A DNA stretch of 64,000 bases from Alphaproteobacteria bacterium (GTDB taxonomy: Bacteria; Pseudomonadota; Alphaproteobacteria; UBA828), in NCBI GenBank assembly GCA_965221125.1, contig CBDCRW010000007.1, forward strand, positions 128,001 to 192,000, written 5' to 3'. The notes below the pieces were generated by a model, which saw nothing but the letters and a program-made list of their open reading frames with translations, had not been told where the DNA came from and made no database searches. This document shows, one piece after another, positions 9,915 through 19,159 of the stretch (its first letter is position 1; each line of letters starts with the position of its first letter). The position numbers were made by a program, and so were the translations under genes.

Positions 9915-11951
9915 ATGGCGACGCGAATCGGTGTTGATATCGGCGGGACGTTTACCGACCTGATCTACTACGACGACGTCTCGGGCGAATCGCTGGTCGC
10001 CAAGATGCCGACCACGCCGGACAATCCCGACGAGGGCGTGATCGACGCCATCGGTCAGGCCGTGCCGGCCGATCGCGTGAAGGCGGCGGAGTATTTTCTC
10101 CACGGCACCACCGTCGGCATCAACGCGCTCCTTCAGCGGCGCGGCGCCGTGGTCGGACTGCTGGCCACCGAGGGCTTCCGCGACATCCTGGAAATCCGTC
10201 GCGGCGACCGCGAGGAGATGTACAACCTGTTCTGGACCCCGCCGCCGCCCCTGGTGCCGCGTCGGCTGCGCCGCCCCGTCAAGGAGAGGATTCGTGCCAA
10301 CGGCGAGGTCCACACGGCCCAGGAAACCGCGGACATTCTCGAGGCCCTCAGGGTGTTCAGGGAGGAAGGCGTCGACGCCATCGCCATCGCCTACATGAAC
10401 GCCTACGCCAACCCCGTTCACGAGATGGAGGCCGAGCGCGAGGTGCGGGCCGCGGGCTTCGAGGGCGAGATATCGCTCTCCCACCGCGTCTCGGGCGAGT
10501 ACCGCGAGTACGAGCGGACGACGACGACCGTGATCGACGCCTTCGTCCGCCCACGGATGATCCACTACCTGCGCCGGCTGGACGAGGAGCTCGCAAAGGC
10601 GGGGTTCGCCGGGCGGCTGCTCATCACCCGCTCGGGCGGCGGCTCGATGACCTTCGCCGAGGCCGAGGAGCGTCCGTTCGAGACCATCATGTCCGGCCCG
10701 GTCGCCGGCGCCGAAGGGGCGGGTGAGCTCGCCCGCAAGCTCGGCATCGACGACCTCATCACCGCCGACGTCGGCGGCACCAGCTTCGATACCTGCCTCG
10801 TCAGCGGCGGCCGGCCGCAGCTCATGTACGAGGGCATGGTCGTCGGCCTGCCGGTGCAGACGCCGTGGGTGGACGTGCGCTCGATCGGCGCCGGCGGCGG
10901 CTCCATCGCCTACATCGACGTCGGCGGCCTGCTGCAGGTCGGCCCGCAGAGCGCCGGCGCCGACCCCGGACCCGCCTCGTACGGGCGCGGCGGGACCGAA
11001 CCCACGGTCACCGACTGCGCGCTCTGCCTAGGCATGCTGGGCGAGGGCAAGCTCGCCTCGGGCATCACCCTCGACGTGGGCAGGGCGCGGGCCGCCATCG
11101 AGCCGATCGCCGAGACGCTGAATTTCACCGTCGATCAGGCCGCCCAGGGCGTCATGACCATCGTGACCGCCTCGATGGCCAACACCATCCGCGAGATCAC
11201 CATCGACCAGGGCGTCGATCCCAGGCAGGCGACGTTGCTGGCCTTCGGCGGCGCCGGCCCGCTGATGGCCTGCGCGCTCGCCCGCGAGCTCAACATCGGC
11301 ACCATCGTGATCCCGCCCTATGCCGGCAATTTCTCCGCGTGGGGGCTGCTGGGGGCCGACCTGACGCAGGCCGCGGCGCGGACCAGGATCATGAAGCTCT
11401 CGGACGATGCACTCGCCGAGGCGAACGACATTCTGAAGGACCTGTTCACCACCCTCGAGGAGCGCCAGGGGCCGCTCCGAGACGGCCAGACGCGCGCGCG
11501 CGAGGTCGGGCTCGACATGCGCTACGCCGGCCAGGAGCACAACCTCACGGTGCCGATGGAGGCACCCGACGGCGCCATCACCGCCAGCGCCGACGCGGTG
11601 CTCGACGCCTTCACCCAGGAGTACGAGCGGACCTTCCGCAACACAATGGAGGAGGAAGCGGAAATCGTCTCGATCCGCGCGACCCTGCGCCTGCCCCTGC
11701 CGCGGCGCGCGAGCGAGTACAGGGCCGCCGTCGCCGGCGGCACGGGCGCCGCCGAGGTCGAGGCCTATTCCTTCACCGAGGACAGGCGCCAGCCGTTCAG
11801 GATCGTGGCGCGCGAATCGCTCGGCGTCGGCGATACGGTGGGCGGGCCGGCCATCGTCACGGAGGAGACCGCGACGACCTATCTCGATGCCGGCTTCGAG
11901 GCGCGGCTCGACGCCTCCGGCTGCCTGTTCCTGAAATACCTGAAGGAATGA
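9915..11951 (+). CDS. Hydantoinase A/5-oxoprolinase family ATP-binding subunit
   Basis: GVDIGGTFTD, HGTT, EYREYER, SGP.AG, DVGGTSFD, IGAGGGS, SAGADPGP, FGGAG motifs. Confidence 0.93.
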   Translation: MATRIGVDIGGTFTDLIYYDDVSGESLVAKMPTTPDNPDEGVIDAIGQAVPADRVKAAEYFLHGTTVGINALLQRRGAVVGLLATEGFRDILEIRRGDREEMYNLFWTPPPPLVPRRLRRPVKERIRANGEVHTAQETADILEALRVFREEGVDAIAIAYMNAYANPVHEMEAEREVRAAGFEGEISLSHRVSGEYREYERTTTTVIDAFVRPRMIHYLRRLDEELAKAGFAGRLLITRSGGGSMTFAEAEERPFETIMSGPVAGAEGAGELARKLGIDDLITADVGGTSFDTCLVSGGRPQLMYEGMVVGLPVQTPWVDVRSIGAGGGSIAYIDVGGLLQVGPQSAGADPGPASYGRGGTEPTVTDCALCLGMLGEGKLASGITLDVGRARAAIEPIAETLNFTVDQAAQGVMTIVTASMANTIREITIDQGVDPRQATLLAFGGAGPLMACALARELNIGTIVIPPYAGNFSAWGLLGADLTQAAARTRIMKLSDDALAEANDILKDLFTTLEERQGPLRDGQTRAREVGLDMRYAGQEHNLTVPMEAPDGAITASADAVLDAFTQEYERTFRNTMEEEAEIVSIRATLRLPLPRRASEYRAAVAGGTGAAEVEAYSFTEDRRQPFRIVARESLGVGDTVGGPAIVTEETATTYLDAGFEARLDASGCLFLKYLKE

Positions 11952-11985
11952 GGGTGCCGCCCGGAGCGGCGGGCGGCGAACGGCG

Positions 11986-12996
11986 TTACTCGCCCCACAC
12001 CTCCCTGAAGACCCTGATCCAGTTGCCGCCGAGAATCTTCTTCGTCGCCTCCTCGCTGTAGCCACGCTCGAGCAGGCGACGGGTCAGGTTGCGCAGGTCA
12101 CGCGGCGTCTCGATGCCGTCCACATAATGAATGGGCGGTGGCGGATAGGAGTCGGGCCGCCACTTGCCGGCGGCGATGAACCCCTCGTAGAGCCGGGTGG
12201 CCTCCTCGAGGCCGGTAAACGCTGCCTGAATCCAGTAGTAGTCGATTCCGAGGCCGACGTGATCGTCGCCGACGAGCTTCACCACGTAGTCGATGTGGTC
12301 GATGAACTCGTCGAGCGTCGGTTTGGCCGACGCGCTGACGAAAGAGGGAAAGCCGACCATGCCAATCAGGCCGCCGGTCGCCGCCGCCGCCTTGATCTGA
12401 TCGTCGGTGATGTTGCGGCGCGAGTCCTTCACCGCCTTCGGGTTCGAGTGCGAGAAGACCACGGGGCGCGTCGACGCTTCGATCGCATCCATCGTGGTGC
12501 GATAGCCGGTGTGGGTGCAGTCCACCACGACGCGGGCCTCGTTGAGGCGCTCGACCACTTGCAGGCCGAAGTTGCTGAGGCCTGCGTCCGTGCGTTCCTC
12601 GCAACCGTCGCCGACGCTGTTCTTGACGTTGTAGGCGAGCTGAATCATGCCGACGCCGAGGGCCTTGTACGCATCAACGAGGTTCAGGTCGTCCTCGATC
12701 GGCCCGGTCCCCTGGAAGTGGAACAGCATGCCGAACTTGCCGTCGGCCTTGGCTTCGGCGAAGTCGGCGGCGCGCTTGATGAGGGTGAGCCTGGGGTCCG
12801 CATCGATCGCACGGATCCAATCGCCCAGGATACGAAGGGTGGGGCCCGCGCGCTCGAAGACGGCGATGCTCGGCGCGGTCGCGGTGACACCCCCCTCGAT
12901 ATACCAGTCGATGTACTGGCGGCGCATCACGAGCGGGCTTACCGCATCGATGACGATGGCCTCGTCGTGAATGCGGTCGTGATCGAGCCTTGCCAC
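11986..12996 (-). CDS. Membrane/renal-type dipeptidase (peptidase M19 family)
   Basis: GLSNFG, VVVDCTH, PVVFSHSN, RNITDDQI, HIDY, DHVGLGID, KILGGNWIRV. Confidence 0.88.
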   Translation of the reverse strand: MARLDHDRIHDEAIVIDAVSPLVMRRQYIDWYIEGGVTATAPSIAVFERAGPTLRILGDWIRAIDADPRLTLIKRAADFAEAKADGKFGMLFHFQGTGPIEDDLNLVDAYKALGVGMIQLAYNVKNSVGDGCEERTDAGLSNFGLQVVERLNEARVVVDCTHTGYRTTMDAIEASTRPVVFSHSNPKAVKDSRRNITDDQIKAAAATGGLIGMVGFPSFVSASAKPTLDEFIDHIDYVVKLVGDDHVGLGIDYYWIQAAFTGLEEATRLYEGFIAAGKWRPDSYPPPPIHYVDGIETPRDLRNLTRRLLERGYSEEATKKILGGNWIRVFREVWGE

Positions 12997-13115
12997 GCCT
13001 GCGTTCTCCCCTGTCTTGCGCCCCTGGCGAGCACTGTCCCGCCCAACGGTACGTCATGAGCGATGCAGGCGCCAACGGCGCCGGCTGGATCGGCCTTCTC
13101 CGAGCGCGGCCAGCC

Positions 13116-13877
13116 TTAGTAGGCAGAGTATCCCTTGTCGACCATGATGTTGGCGCCCGTGACCATGTCGGAGTCGGAGGACGCGAGAAACACCGCCGTG
13201 CCCGCCAGGTCGTCGGGCACCAGCCACGGATCGTCGCCGCCGAAGCGGCCCAGCAGCGCCGCATCGTGGCGCCCGAACTCGGCCCGGTATTCGGTATTCA
13301 TGTCGGACTCGACACACCCCGGCGACAGGCAGTTCACCTGGATGTTGTGGGGGCGGAGATCGAGCGCGAGCCCCTTGGTCAGCAGCTTCACGGCGCCCTT
13401 GGTGGCGCAGTAGATCGCCGAGCTGGCCAGCCCCGTATCCCCCAGGATCGAGCCGATATTGATGATCTTGCCGCCGCCGCGAGCCATCATCTGCGGCAGC
13501 AGCGCCTGCGCGGCGAAGAAGGCGCCCTTGGCGTTGGTGTTCATCTGGCTGTCCCACTCGTCCTCGCTGGCCTCGCTCGGTGTCGACAACAGGTAGATGC
13601 CCGCGTTGTTCACGAGGATGTCGGCGCCGCCGAAGGCCGCTGCCACGGCCCCCGCCATGGCCGCGCACTCCTTCGTCTGCGCCACGTCGCAGCGGATGGC
13701 GGTGGCCTCGCTGCCGGCGGACCTGATTCCCGCCACGACCTCGTCCGCGGCCTCGGCCGCCGCCTTGTAGACCACGGCCACGCGCGCGCCTTCCGCACCG
13801 AAACGGCGCGCGATGGCGGCGCCGATGCCGCGCGAGCCACCCGTCACCACGGCCACCTTGTCGTCAAGCCTTCCCAT
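13116..13877 (-). CDS. Short-chain dehydrogenase/reductase (classical SDR)
   Basis: TGGSRGIG, NNAG, YCATK, VNCLSPG. Confidence 0.92.
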   Translation of the reverse strand: MGRLDDKVAVVTGGSRGIGAAIARRFGAEGARVAVVYKAAAEAADEVVAGIRSAGSEATAIRCDVAQTKECAAMAGAVAAAFGGADILVNNAGIYLLSTPSEASEDEWDSQMNTNAKGAFFAAQALLPQMMARGGGKIINIGSILGDTGLASSAIYCATKGAVKLLTKGLALDLRPHNIQVNCLSPGCVESDMNTEYRAEFGRHDAALLGRFGGDDPWLVPDDLAGTAVFLASSDSDMVTGANIMVDKGYSAY

Positions 13878-14161
13878 TGCGGTCTCGTCCTCTGGTTGCA
13901 CCGGGGATCTTGGCACCTGGCACGTATCCGCCAAGTCAAATACTAAGGAGCCGCTTGCAGAAATCCGGCGCTGAGCGGGATTCTGCCGCCGAGCGAGGCA
14001 GATTGTCCTGGAAGTCGGGACCGCTCTCTGACCCTGTCCGGCTTTCCACAACCTGGATGGAGAGCGCGCGGCCCCATGTCGCTGGGGCAGACACTATCTG
14101 GATTCTGGTATTCCATTCAAGGCAGTGCTGCTGCGCGCATTGAAATTCTCTTGCAATCAGG

Positions 14162-14343
14162 TCAACGAATTTCTTCGGATTGCTGTGAGCCGATCGGATC
14201 GTAGGCAAGGTTTGGCGCGAGCCACACCTCGGTCTCGCGGACGGAGGCACCCTTGCGCCGCGCATAGTCTGCCACTTGGTCGCGGCCAAGCTTGCTGACC
14301 CCAAAATAGGTGCTTTCCGGGTGGCTGAAATAGAGGCCGCACG
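14162..14343 (-). pseudogene. metH: 3'-terminal fragment of B12-dependent methionine synthase
   Basis: [49 protein letters not shown] matches the MetH C-terminus; the rest of the gene is absent. Confidence 0.8.
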
Positions 14344-14575
14344 ATGATCTAACCGACGGGCGCAAGCGCGTCCCCCTAGAATCGTCCTTCAAGCGGATCG
14401 CCAGGCTTCCTTGCGCACCCCTCAGGCAAACAAAGGAACACCGCTCGGGATATCCTGGCGGATTGCGATTATGCTGTGTTTGAGAAGTCGAAGAACACGA
14501 GATCTACGGGCAACCACAGGAAGCCACCTCCGACTCCGGTAAAGAACCGGGACTGAGCGGGCGAGGATATCCACG

Positions 14576-14905
14576 ATGCGCAGTCCGGATGGCCGAGTGG
14601 CCTGACGGCCATCCATAGCAGAATCGGCGCGCTGAAGAGACGGTCCTGCGCATTCAAAGTCGGCATCACCAATCATCCGAAAACCAGAATGCGTCAATAC
14701 GAGAAGTTCAATCCTCGTCACTACAGCGAGATGCGAGTGATCTACAGGACTTCCAGCCGCAGGAATGCGGCTGAACTGGAAAGACAGCTTATTGACCGCA
14801 ACTGGCTCGACCCAAGAATTCGGAACGAAATTAGGTGGAGGCGGGGGCAAGCCAGGAACGGGCAAATACTATCTGTACGTGGTGCGCCGTCGCCGACACA
14901 ATTGA
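14576..14905 (+). pseudogene. Frameshifted small GIY-YIG-like protein
   Basis: SGWPSG...FKVGITNHPKTRMRQY...MRVIYRTSS...ELERQLID...NEI continues in another frame as GGGGGKPGTGKYYLYVVRR-stop; frameshift near 14833. Confidence 0.4.
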
Positions 14906-14954
14906 CGTGAGACAGCGTAACGGCCGGATTCTGACCCTCAGGCCGCATCCGCCG

Positions 14955-15055
14955 CGCCCGTACCACCAGCCGCTTCCGCCGCTTGGCTCCAGCATAGAGA
15001 AGGTTCTGCTTCAGCATCTCGTATTGCGGCATCAGCAGTGGGATTGCCGCCGCGG
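14955..15055 (-). pseudogene. RecD2-like helicase C-terminal fragment
   Basis: AIPLLMPQYEMLKQNLLYAGAKRRKRLVV resembles helicase motif VI of RecD2 (IPL..QHY.MLQRNLLYTG.TRGK.LVV). Confidence 0.55.
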
Positions 15056-15278
15056 TTGTCCCCAGCCCTGACGTATGAGCCGGTTCCCGTCACAGCGGGG
15101 ATCGGCTCTTCCCCCTTTTGCTCCGTGCTAATGGACGCGCAACGGGGCTCGACGCTGCGCGCCATCGCCGCTTGCGCTTCCGCTCTCCCCTCCAACCGAT
15201 CCCCGCGCGTCGCTGTGTCGTATCCGGCTCGGCGCATACGCGCATCCGCCGGACGCTCGCCCGTCGCTCCCTATGATG

Positions 15279-17360
15279 TCAGAGGTCGAGCGCGGTCACC
15301 GTGTCGGCGCGGGCCTGGATGAAGGCGAGGCGGGATTCGGGGCGGCGGCCCATCAGCTCCTCAACGCGGCGCGCGGTGGCCGGGCCTGCCTCCTCGGCGA
15401 TCTCGACGCGGAGCAGCGTACGCCGCGCCGGGTCCATGGTCGTTTCCTTGAGCTGGGCCGGCGGCATCTCGCCCAGCCCCTTGAAGCGGCTGATCTCGAC
15501 CTTGCCGGCGCCCGCGAAATCGCTGGCGAGCAGGCGGTCGCGGTCGGCATCGTCGCGCGCATAGCGGGTGGTGCCGCCGCGCGCGAGGCGATAGAGCGGC
15601 GGCTGCGCGAGAAAGAGATGCCCGCCGTCGATCAGCCCCGGCATCTGCCGGTAGAAGAAGGTCATCAGCAGCGCGGCGATGTGGGCGCCGTCCACGTCCG
15701 CATCGGTCATGATGACGACGCGCTCGTAGCGCAGCGCGCCTGCGTCGAAGCGGGCGCCGGTGTTGCAGCCCAGCGCCTGGACCAGATCGTCGAGCTCCTT
15801 GTTGCCGCGCAGCTTGTCGGCGCTGGCGCTGGCCACGTTGAGGATCTTGCCGCGCAGCGGCAGCACGGCCTGCGTCTCGCGGTCGCGCGCCTGCTTGGCG
15901 GAGCCGCCGGCGGAATCGCCCTCGACCAGGAAGATCTCGGTGCCGCCGGCCGCCTCGCGCGCGCAATCGGCGAGCTTGCCGGGGAGCCGGGTCTTGCGGG
16001 CGGCGCGCTTGCGCGCGACCTCGCGGTCCTTCCTGCGCCGCAGCCGCTCCTCGGCGCGCTCGACGACGCGCTCCAGCAGCAGGTTGGCAGCGGCGGGGTC
16101 GGCCGAGAGCCAGTGGTCGAAGTGATCGCCCAGCGCGCTCTCCACCATGCGCCCGGCCTCGGGCGAGGTCAGGCGCTCCTTGGTCTGGCCCTGGAACTGC
16201 GGCTCGCGCAGGAAGACGGAGAGGAGCGCTGAGGCGCCGCCCGTCACGTCGTCCGCGTTGAGCTGGGCGGCGCGCTTGTTGCCCACGAGCGCGCCGTAGG
16301 CCCTGAGGCCGCGTACCAGCGCGGCGCGCATGCCCGCCTCGTGGCTGCCGCCGGCGCTGGTGGGCACGGTGTTGCAGTGGGAGGCGACGAAGCCCTCGTC
16401 GTCGTCCGGCCAGGCGATGGCCCACTCAAGGCGGCCGGAATCGCCGTTGAGCGTGCCCTGGCCTGCGAAGGGCGCCGGCGTCAGCGTGTGGCGCTTGCCG
16501 AGGACGGCGGTGAGATAGTCGACTAGGCCGCCCGGATAGTGCAGCACCGCCTTCTCCGGCGCCGTGCCGCCAGCGCCGAGCAGCGCCGCATCGCAGGCCC
16601 AGCGGATCTCGACGCCGCGGTGGAGGTAGGCCCGCGTCCGCGCCATCTCGAAGAGCGGCCCCGGCTGGAAGCGCAGCCCCTCGCCGAAGATTTCGGGATC
16701 GGGGCGGAAGCGCACCAGCGTGCCGCGCCGGTTGGTCACGGGGCCCGCGTCCTCCAGCGGCCCGGCGGGGAGGCCCTGGGCGTAGGCCTGCCGCCACAGC
16801 CGCTTGTCGCGCGCCACCTCGACCGTGAGCGAGGCGGAGAGTGCGTTCACGACCGAGAGGCCGACGCCGTGCAGCCCGCCCGACGTGGCGTACACCTTGT
16901 CGCCGAACTTGCCGCCGGAGTGCAGCGTGGTGAGGATCACCTCCAGCGCCGAGACGTTCTTGTACTTCGGGTGCGGGTCGACCGGGATGCCCCGCCCGTT
17001 GTCCCTGACCGAGGCCGCGCCGTCCTCGTGGAGCGCGATCTCGATCCGGCTCGCGTGGCCGGCGATCGCCTCGTCCATCGAATTGTCGATCAGCTCGGCG
17101 AGCAGGTGATGCAGCGCCCGCTGGTCGGTGCCGCCGATGAACATGCCGGGCCGGCGGCGCACCGGCTCCAGCCCCTCCAGAATCTCGATGTCGTGCGCCG
17201 TGTATTCGCCGTTGGCAGGCGGCGCGGCGTCAGGCCTCGACGCCGGCCGCTTGCGCCGGCCCGCGCGCGCAGCCTTGCCCCCGCCCTTGCGCGGAGCCTT
17301 GCGCTTGCCCGAGGGGGCGCTCTCGTCGAGCCCTGCGAAGAGATCGAGAGTATCGGCCAT
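15279..17360 (-). CDS. parE: DNA topoisomerase IV subunit B
   Basis: LEGLEPVRRRPGMFIG, ELIDNSMDE, SGGLHGVG, VEGDSAGGS, PLRGKILN, MTDADVDG, RFKGLGEM; about 693 aa, lacking the GyrB insertion. Confidence 0.93.
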   Translation of the reverse strand: MADTLDLFAGLDESAPSGKRKAPRKGGGKAARAGRRKRPASRPDAAPPANGEYTAHDIEILEGLEPVRRRPGMFIGGTDQRALHHLLAELIDNSMDEAIAGHASRIEIALHEDGAASVRDNGRGIPVDPHPKYKNVSALEVILTTLHSGGKFGDKVYATSGGLHGVGLSVVNALSASLTVEVARDKRLWRQAYAQGLPAGPLEDAGPVTNRRGTLVRFRPDPEIFGEGLRFQPGPLFEMARTRAYLHRGVEIRWACDAALLGAGGTAPEKAVLHYPGGLVDYLTAVLGKRHTLTPAPFAGQGTLNGDSGRLEWAIAWPDDDEGFVASHCNTVPTSAGGSHEAGMRAALVRGLRAYGALVGNKRAAQLNADDVTGGASALLSVFLREPQFQGQTKERLTSPEAGRMVESALGDHFDHWLSADPAAANLLLERVVERAEERLRRRKDREVARKRAARKTRLPGKLADCAREAAGGTEIFLVEGDSAGGSAKQARDRETQAVLPLRGKILNVASASADKLRGNKELDDLVQALGCNTGARFDAGALRYERVVIMTDADVDGAHIAALLMTFFYRQMPGLIDGGHLFLAQPPLYRLARGGTTRYARDDADRDRLLASDFAGAGKVEISRFKGLGEMPPAQLKETTMDPARRTLLRVEIAEEAGPATARRVEELMGRRPESRLAFIQARADTVTALDL

Positions 17361-17685
17361 GGATCGGAACGGTCCGGTCGTCGAACGAATGCGCAACGTC
17401 ATAGCACAAGGAGGGCCGCGGTGTCTGCCAACGATAGGCCGACATGTTGTGGGCAGCGTGCGTATTGCCACAACGGATAGTCGTCTGCCGACAGCGAACG
17501 CCAACTGAGCGTCTGACGCTACAGGCCGATCCTCCCCCGCGTGCTCGTGCTTCTCGTCCATGTGCCGCGGGTTGAACGCAAGGCACGCGGGAATGGACGA
17601 CGCGAGGGAGCTCCGGACCAGGACCACCTTTCTTCGGCACCGGGGAATGATATAACCCCGCGGTCCCCAAAACGGTGCGGATGCC

Positions 17686-19110
17686 ATGACCCAGGAATTG
17701 TGGAGGCGGAGCGCGGTCGAGCTCGCCGCGATGATCCGGGCGCGCGAGGCATCGTGCGTCGAGGTGATGGAGGCGGTGCTGGGGCGCATCGCCCGGCACA
17801 ACGGGCGCATCAACGCGATCGTCGTCGACTGCGGCGAGGACGCGTTGCGGGCTGCTGCGCAAAAGGACCGCGAAGTCGACGACGGCGCCGACCTCGGGCC
17901 GCTGCACGGGGTCCCGGTCACCATCAAGGAGAATATCGACGTGGCCGGGCAGGCGACGCCGAACGGCATGCCCGCCTACGCCGACGTCATCGCGCCGGAT
18001 CACTCCCCGGTGACGCGCAACCTGCTCGATGCCGGCGCGATCATCATCGGGCGCACCAACACGCCCGAGCTTTCCATGCGCGGGACCACGGACAACCCGC
18101 TGCGCGGCCGGACCCTCAACCCCTGGGACGAGGAAACGTCGCCAGGCGGGTCTTCCGGCGGTGGATCGGCCGCCGCGGCGATGGGGTTCGGGCCGATTCA
18201 CCACGGCAACGACATCGGCGGCTCGCTCCGCTTCCCCTCGTTCGCATGCGGGCTGGCAACGGTGAAGCCGACCCTCGGCCGGGTGCCCGCGTACAACCCG
18301 AGCGCGGCGGCGGAACGCGGGCTGCTGGCACAGCTCAGCTCCGTCCAGGGCGTCATGTGCCGCGAGGTGCGGGACGTGCGGCTGGGCACGCGGGTGCTCG
18401 CGGGCGGCGACCCGCGCGATCCCTGGTGGGTGCCGGTCCCCTTCGACGGACCGGCGCTCGATCCGCCGATCAAGGTCGCGGTCACGTGCGAGACCCACGG
18501 CTATCCGATCAATCCGGAGATCGTCGCCGGCATCGAACGGGCGGCGGACGTGCTGAGCGATGCGGGCTACGCGGTGGAGCGCGTGGAGACGCCGTCCATC
18601 ATGAAGCCCGCGCAGGCGTGGTTCGACGTGCTCGCGAGCGAGATCGACCACTTCCTGGGGCCTGCCGCGCGCGCGCACGGCAGCGAGACCATCCGGACGA
18701 TCATCGCGCACTACCAGCGCATCGGAAATCCGGTGGACGCCGCCGGATACCGCCAGGGCATCGCCGATCGCACCGCGCTCACCCGCGAGTGGAGCGTCTT
18801 TCTCGACGCGTATCCGCTGGTGCTGTGCCCGTTCCTCATGCGCTCGATGTACGCGTGGGACTATGACGCGCAGGGCTTCGAGCAGGTGCAGGACCTTTTC
18901 CAGTCCGCCATCTACAGCACGGGCATCAATTACCTGAGCCTGCCGGCCGGCGTGGTGCCAATCGGCTTTGCCGACGGCCTGCCGGCGGGCGTGCAGATCG
19001 TCGGCCGCCGCTACCGGGAAGACCTGATCCTCGATGCGATGGAGGCGGTCGAAGCCTCCGTCGGCATCCTCACGCAGACGCTGTGGGAGCGGGAGGAAAG
19101 CGCAGCATAG
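17686..19110 (+). CDS. Amidase signature family protein
   Basis: LHGVPVTIKE, PGGSSGG, DIGGSLR (Lys-cisSer-Ser triad). Confidence 0.92.
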   Translation: MTQELWRRSAVELAAMIRAREASCVEVMEAVLGRIARHNGRINAIVVDCGEDALRAAAQKDREVDDGADLGPLHGVPVTIKENIDVAGQATPNGMPAYADVIAPDHSPVTRNLLDAGAIIIGRTNTPELSMRGTTDNPLRGRTLNPWDEETSPGGSSGGGSAAAAMGFGPIHHGNDIGGSLRFPSFACGLATVKPTLGRVPAYNPSAAAERGLLAQLSSVQGVMCREVRDVRLGTRVLAGGDPRDPWWVPVPFDGPALDPPIKVAVTCETHGYPINPEIVAGIERAADVLSDAGYAVERVETPSIMKPAQAWFDVLASEIDHFLGPAARAHGSETIRTIIAHYQRIGNPVDAAGYRQGIADRTALTREWSVFLDAYPLVLCPFLMRSMYAWDYDAQGFEQVQDLFQSAIYSTGINYLSLPAGVVPIGFADGLPAGVQIVGRRYREDLILDAMEAVEASVGILTQTLWEREESAA

Positions 19111-19159
19111 AGCCGCGCAGACCCTGACCCTGGTGGGAAATGCGGGCTGACCCCTCCCC

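Noticed and set aside
5148-11951. Acetone or acetophenone carboxylase
   Set aside because: No small gamma subunit is seen, there is only one A-type subunit, and the context is peptide transport and peptidases. Not formally excluded.
15279-17969. gyrB, or an 896-aa extended topoisomerase
   Set aside because: Lacks the proteobacterial GyrB insertion. The upstream extension overlaps the amidase on the other strand, so the likely start is 17360.
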